From IMG/VR virus record IMGVR_UViG_3300006028_000002, positions 24,064-88,063 of that record: a stretch of DNA of 64,000 bases, one strand, 5' to 3'. This DNA comes from a virus. Shown piece after piece: positions 62,618 through 64,000 of the stretch; position 1 is the stretch's first letter; every line of letters starts with the position of its first letter. The position numbers and the translations under genes are program-made. The notes under the pieces were generated by a model. The model did no database searches, was not told the origin of the DNA, and saw only the letters and a list, made by a program, of their open reading frames with translations.

Positions 62618-63031
62618 CCTCCGTTCGGTGCTGGTCAAAGTCAAGGACTGCGCGCCTTGCGTCTTCGGTCGTAGCTTGCTTGCACCTGCTCGAACTCCCA
62701 CCGCCGGAGGTGCAGCGGGCCGTGTTTCGTCCAGCCGTCTTCGTGCGCCCATCGCCGCAACGTCCCCTGGGGCACCCGAAACAGCTGGGAGGCTTCGGCC
62801 GTCGTCACCAACACTCTGTGTAAACAGACGCAGCTGACCGAGGGGACGTTGCTTGCCCAACTCAATCACTTCAGCAAGATCCACCAGCCAAGCTCTCCCC
62901 GGGCCATGAACCCGCCGCACGTGCGTAAGGCGATCTTGAGCGACCCACCGCCGGAGAGTGTCAAAAGGAACCCCAGTCACACGTGATGCCTCTTTTAGCG
63001 TGACGCGGCGTGACTGCGTAGACTCACTCAT
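62165..63031 (-). CDS. MerR/excisionase-type HTH reading in frame into the GIY-YIG gene
   Basis: VTLKEASRVTGVPFDTLRRWVAQDRL...GRAWLVD; no stop until 62165. Confidence 0.55.
   Translation of the reverse strand: MSESTQSRRVTLKEASRVTGVPFDTLRRWVAQDRLTHVRRVHGPGRAWLVDLAEVIELGKQRPLGQLRLFTQSVGDDGRSLPAVSGAPGDVAAMGARRRLDETRPAAPPAVGVRAGASKLRPKTQGAQSLTLTSTERRMALTQESCPPCAYRGPAGSRCRKAPIASCPVPLCVVHLAHVVEFVNQNVSAFMGSVELRSATLALQEVARASCPGVVYYLRVGDLIKIGHTRRIDQRLKAYPPDAVLLATEPGTEELETQRHDQFAEFLGARCEWFRPGLALLAHIEALT
62641..62814 (-). CDS. MerR/excisionase-type HTH protein
   Basis: LVTTAEASQLFRVPQGTLRRWAHED. Confidence 0.65.
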   Translation of the reverse strand: MLVTTAEASQLFRVPQGTLRRWAHEDGWTKHGPLHLRRWEFEQVQASYDRRRKARSP

Positions 63032-63146
63032 GGTCTGGCCTGCTCTCTCAGGTCGGACTACGGCCCCGGCGGTGTTCCCAGGCACCACGGGGCCCTTCTC
63101 ATGATCAGTGTACACCGCAAAAGCGCAGCTCTGAATACACAAGGGG

Positions 63147-63347
63147 TTACGGGATCTTTTTATCGCTGCGAGGCAATCGTCCGCGGGCGCCGCGCAGCCC
63201 GGCCAGCTCACTCACCTGTTGCGGATCCACCAGCCACGCCCTCCCCCGGCGCCGCGCCGTCAACCGCTGATCCTCGATCCAACGGCGAATCGTACGTGCT
63301 GGGACGGCTGTCAACCGTGATGCCTCACGCACCGTCTCCAGCGACAT
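63147..63347 (-). CDS. MerR/excisionase-type HTH protein
   Basis: TVREASRLTAVPARTIRRWIEDQRL...GRAWLVD. Confidence 0.75.
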   Translation of the reverse strand: MSLETVREASRLTAVPARTIRRWIEDQRLTARRRGRAWLVDPQQVSELAGLRGARGRLPRSDKKIP

Positions 63348-63377
63348 GCCCAGCGTAACGACACCCTGGCCCCCCGG

Positions 63378-64000
63378 TTACGCTGCACTATGCGGTGGTG
63401 GAATGGCACGTGATTTCAGCTGATCTTTAAGCCGCAGCATGCGCCGGCCCACCTCGTACCATGATTCTGTCAGCCACGGATCGGTGTGACGTCGGCATTC
63501 CACGTTGCGGCACCGCAGCACCGCCGGGTCAATCCCGATGCGAGTAGGTATCCACGCCCACACCTCACCAAGACAATGGCGATTATCGCGAATCTCCGGA
63601 CACGCGCCCACCAGGAATGATGTACGTGAGGCCGGGCGGTCAATCACCACCCGAGCACGGCACACCACCCGGTCAATCTGCTCATAGGCAGCGCCGGCAT
63701 CCTCCAGCGCCCGCAGCCAGTCGATCCGCATGGCCAACCAATGCGCCACCGCGGGCACCGTGTTGGGCACGCTCCACACCGAGGCGCGAGCCAGTGCCAC
63801 CTTGCCGGCCCACCGACCGAGCACCGCAACCATCTCGATACCGGCGCGGGTGGCCGTCTCCGCATAAGGCAACCCACACTCACCACCGCGAGCCAGCGCA
63901 ACACTCAAATCATCCCAGCGGGCCTGCGTCATCCCCAGCTCGTGATACAAATCACCCACCGCGGCCAGATGATCCGCCAATCGATCCCCGCAGCTGGGAC
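63378..64000 (-). CDS. Zinc-binding phage protein upstream of late region (5' truncated)
   Basis: RVVIDRP...GACPE...C...RCRNVEC; frame open to window end. Confidence 0.65.
   Translation of the reverse strand, partial: PSCGDRLADHLAAVGDLYHELGMTQARWDDLSVALARGGECGLPYAETATRAGIEMVAVLGRWAGKVALARASVWSVPNTVPAVAHWLAMRIDWLRALEDAGAAYEQIDRVVCRARVVIDRPASRTSFLVGACPEIRDNRHCLGEVWAWIPTRIGIDPAVLRCRNVECRRHTDPWLTESWYEVGRRMLRLKDQLKSRAIPPPHSAA

Larger units (their letters stand above)
1..64000. mobile_element. Tailed actinobacteriophage / possible phage-plasmid genome (partial)
   Basis: Ordered terminase-portal-protease-capsid-neck-tail-tape measure-lysis genes; WhiB and Lsr2; no housekeeping genes; ORFs open at both ends. 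Confidence 0.95.

Overview
The whole window is part of a GC-rich, tailed (siphovirus-type, HK97-fold) actinobacteriophage or phage-plasmid genome. The host is probably a filamentous actinomycete, judged from the near host-like WhiB1 and from Lsr2. Genes are open at both ends and no host genes or att junction are visible. Right part (about 21-64 kb, minus strand): HTH/GIY-YIG regulators, HNH, terminase, portal, HK97 protease, major capsid, neck, tail tube, frameshifting tail chaperone, a very short tape measure, minor tail genes, a duplicated block of Ala/Thr/Gly/Ser repeat proteins and a DUF1906-type lysis cassette. Left part: an SF2 helicase, HNH endonucleases, a TraB/FtsK-like translocase with an adjacent repeat array resembling a clt locus and a divergent regulator, and early operons (Lsr2, WhiB1, SprT-like, many small ORFs). 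Main points of interest: (1) about 13 small late-strand proteins with an Arg-rich leader, often ending V-x-R, and an acidic disordered tail, clustered around the packaging and head genes; these are candidate capsid-loaded, protease-processed internal proteins. (2) A Streptomyces-type TraB/clt conjugation module plus a Cre-like recombinase inside a virion-encoding genome. (3) Four dispersed chemistry enzymes: vanadium haloperoxidase, FAD monooxygenase, P450 and a MoCo-sulfurase-like PLP enzyme. (4) Two highly structured non-coding elements. All calls come from motif reading only; no searches were run.
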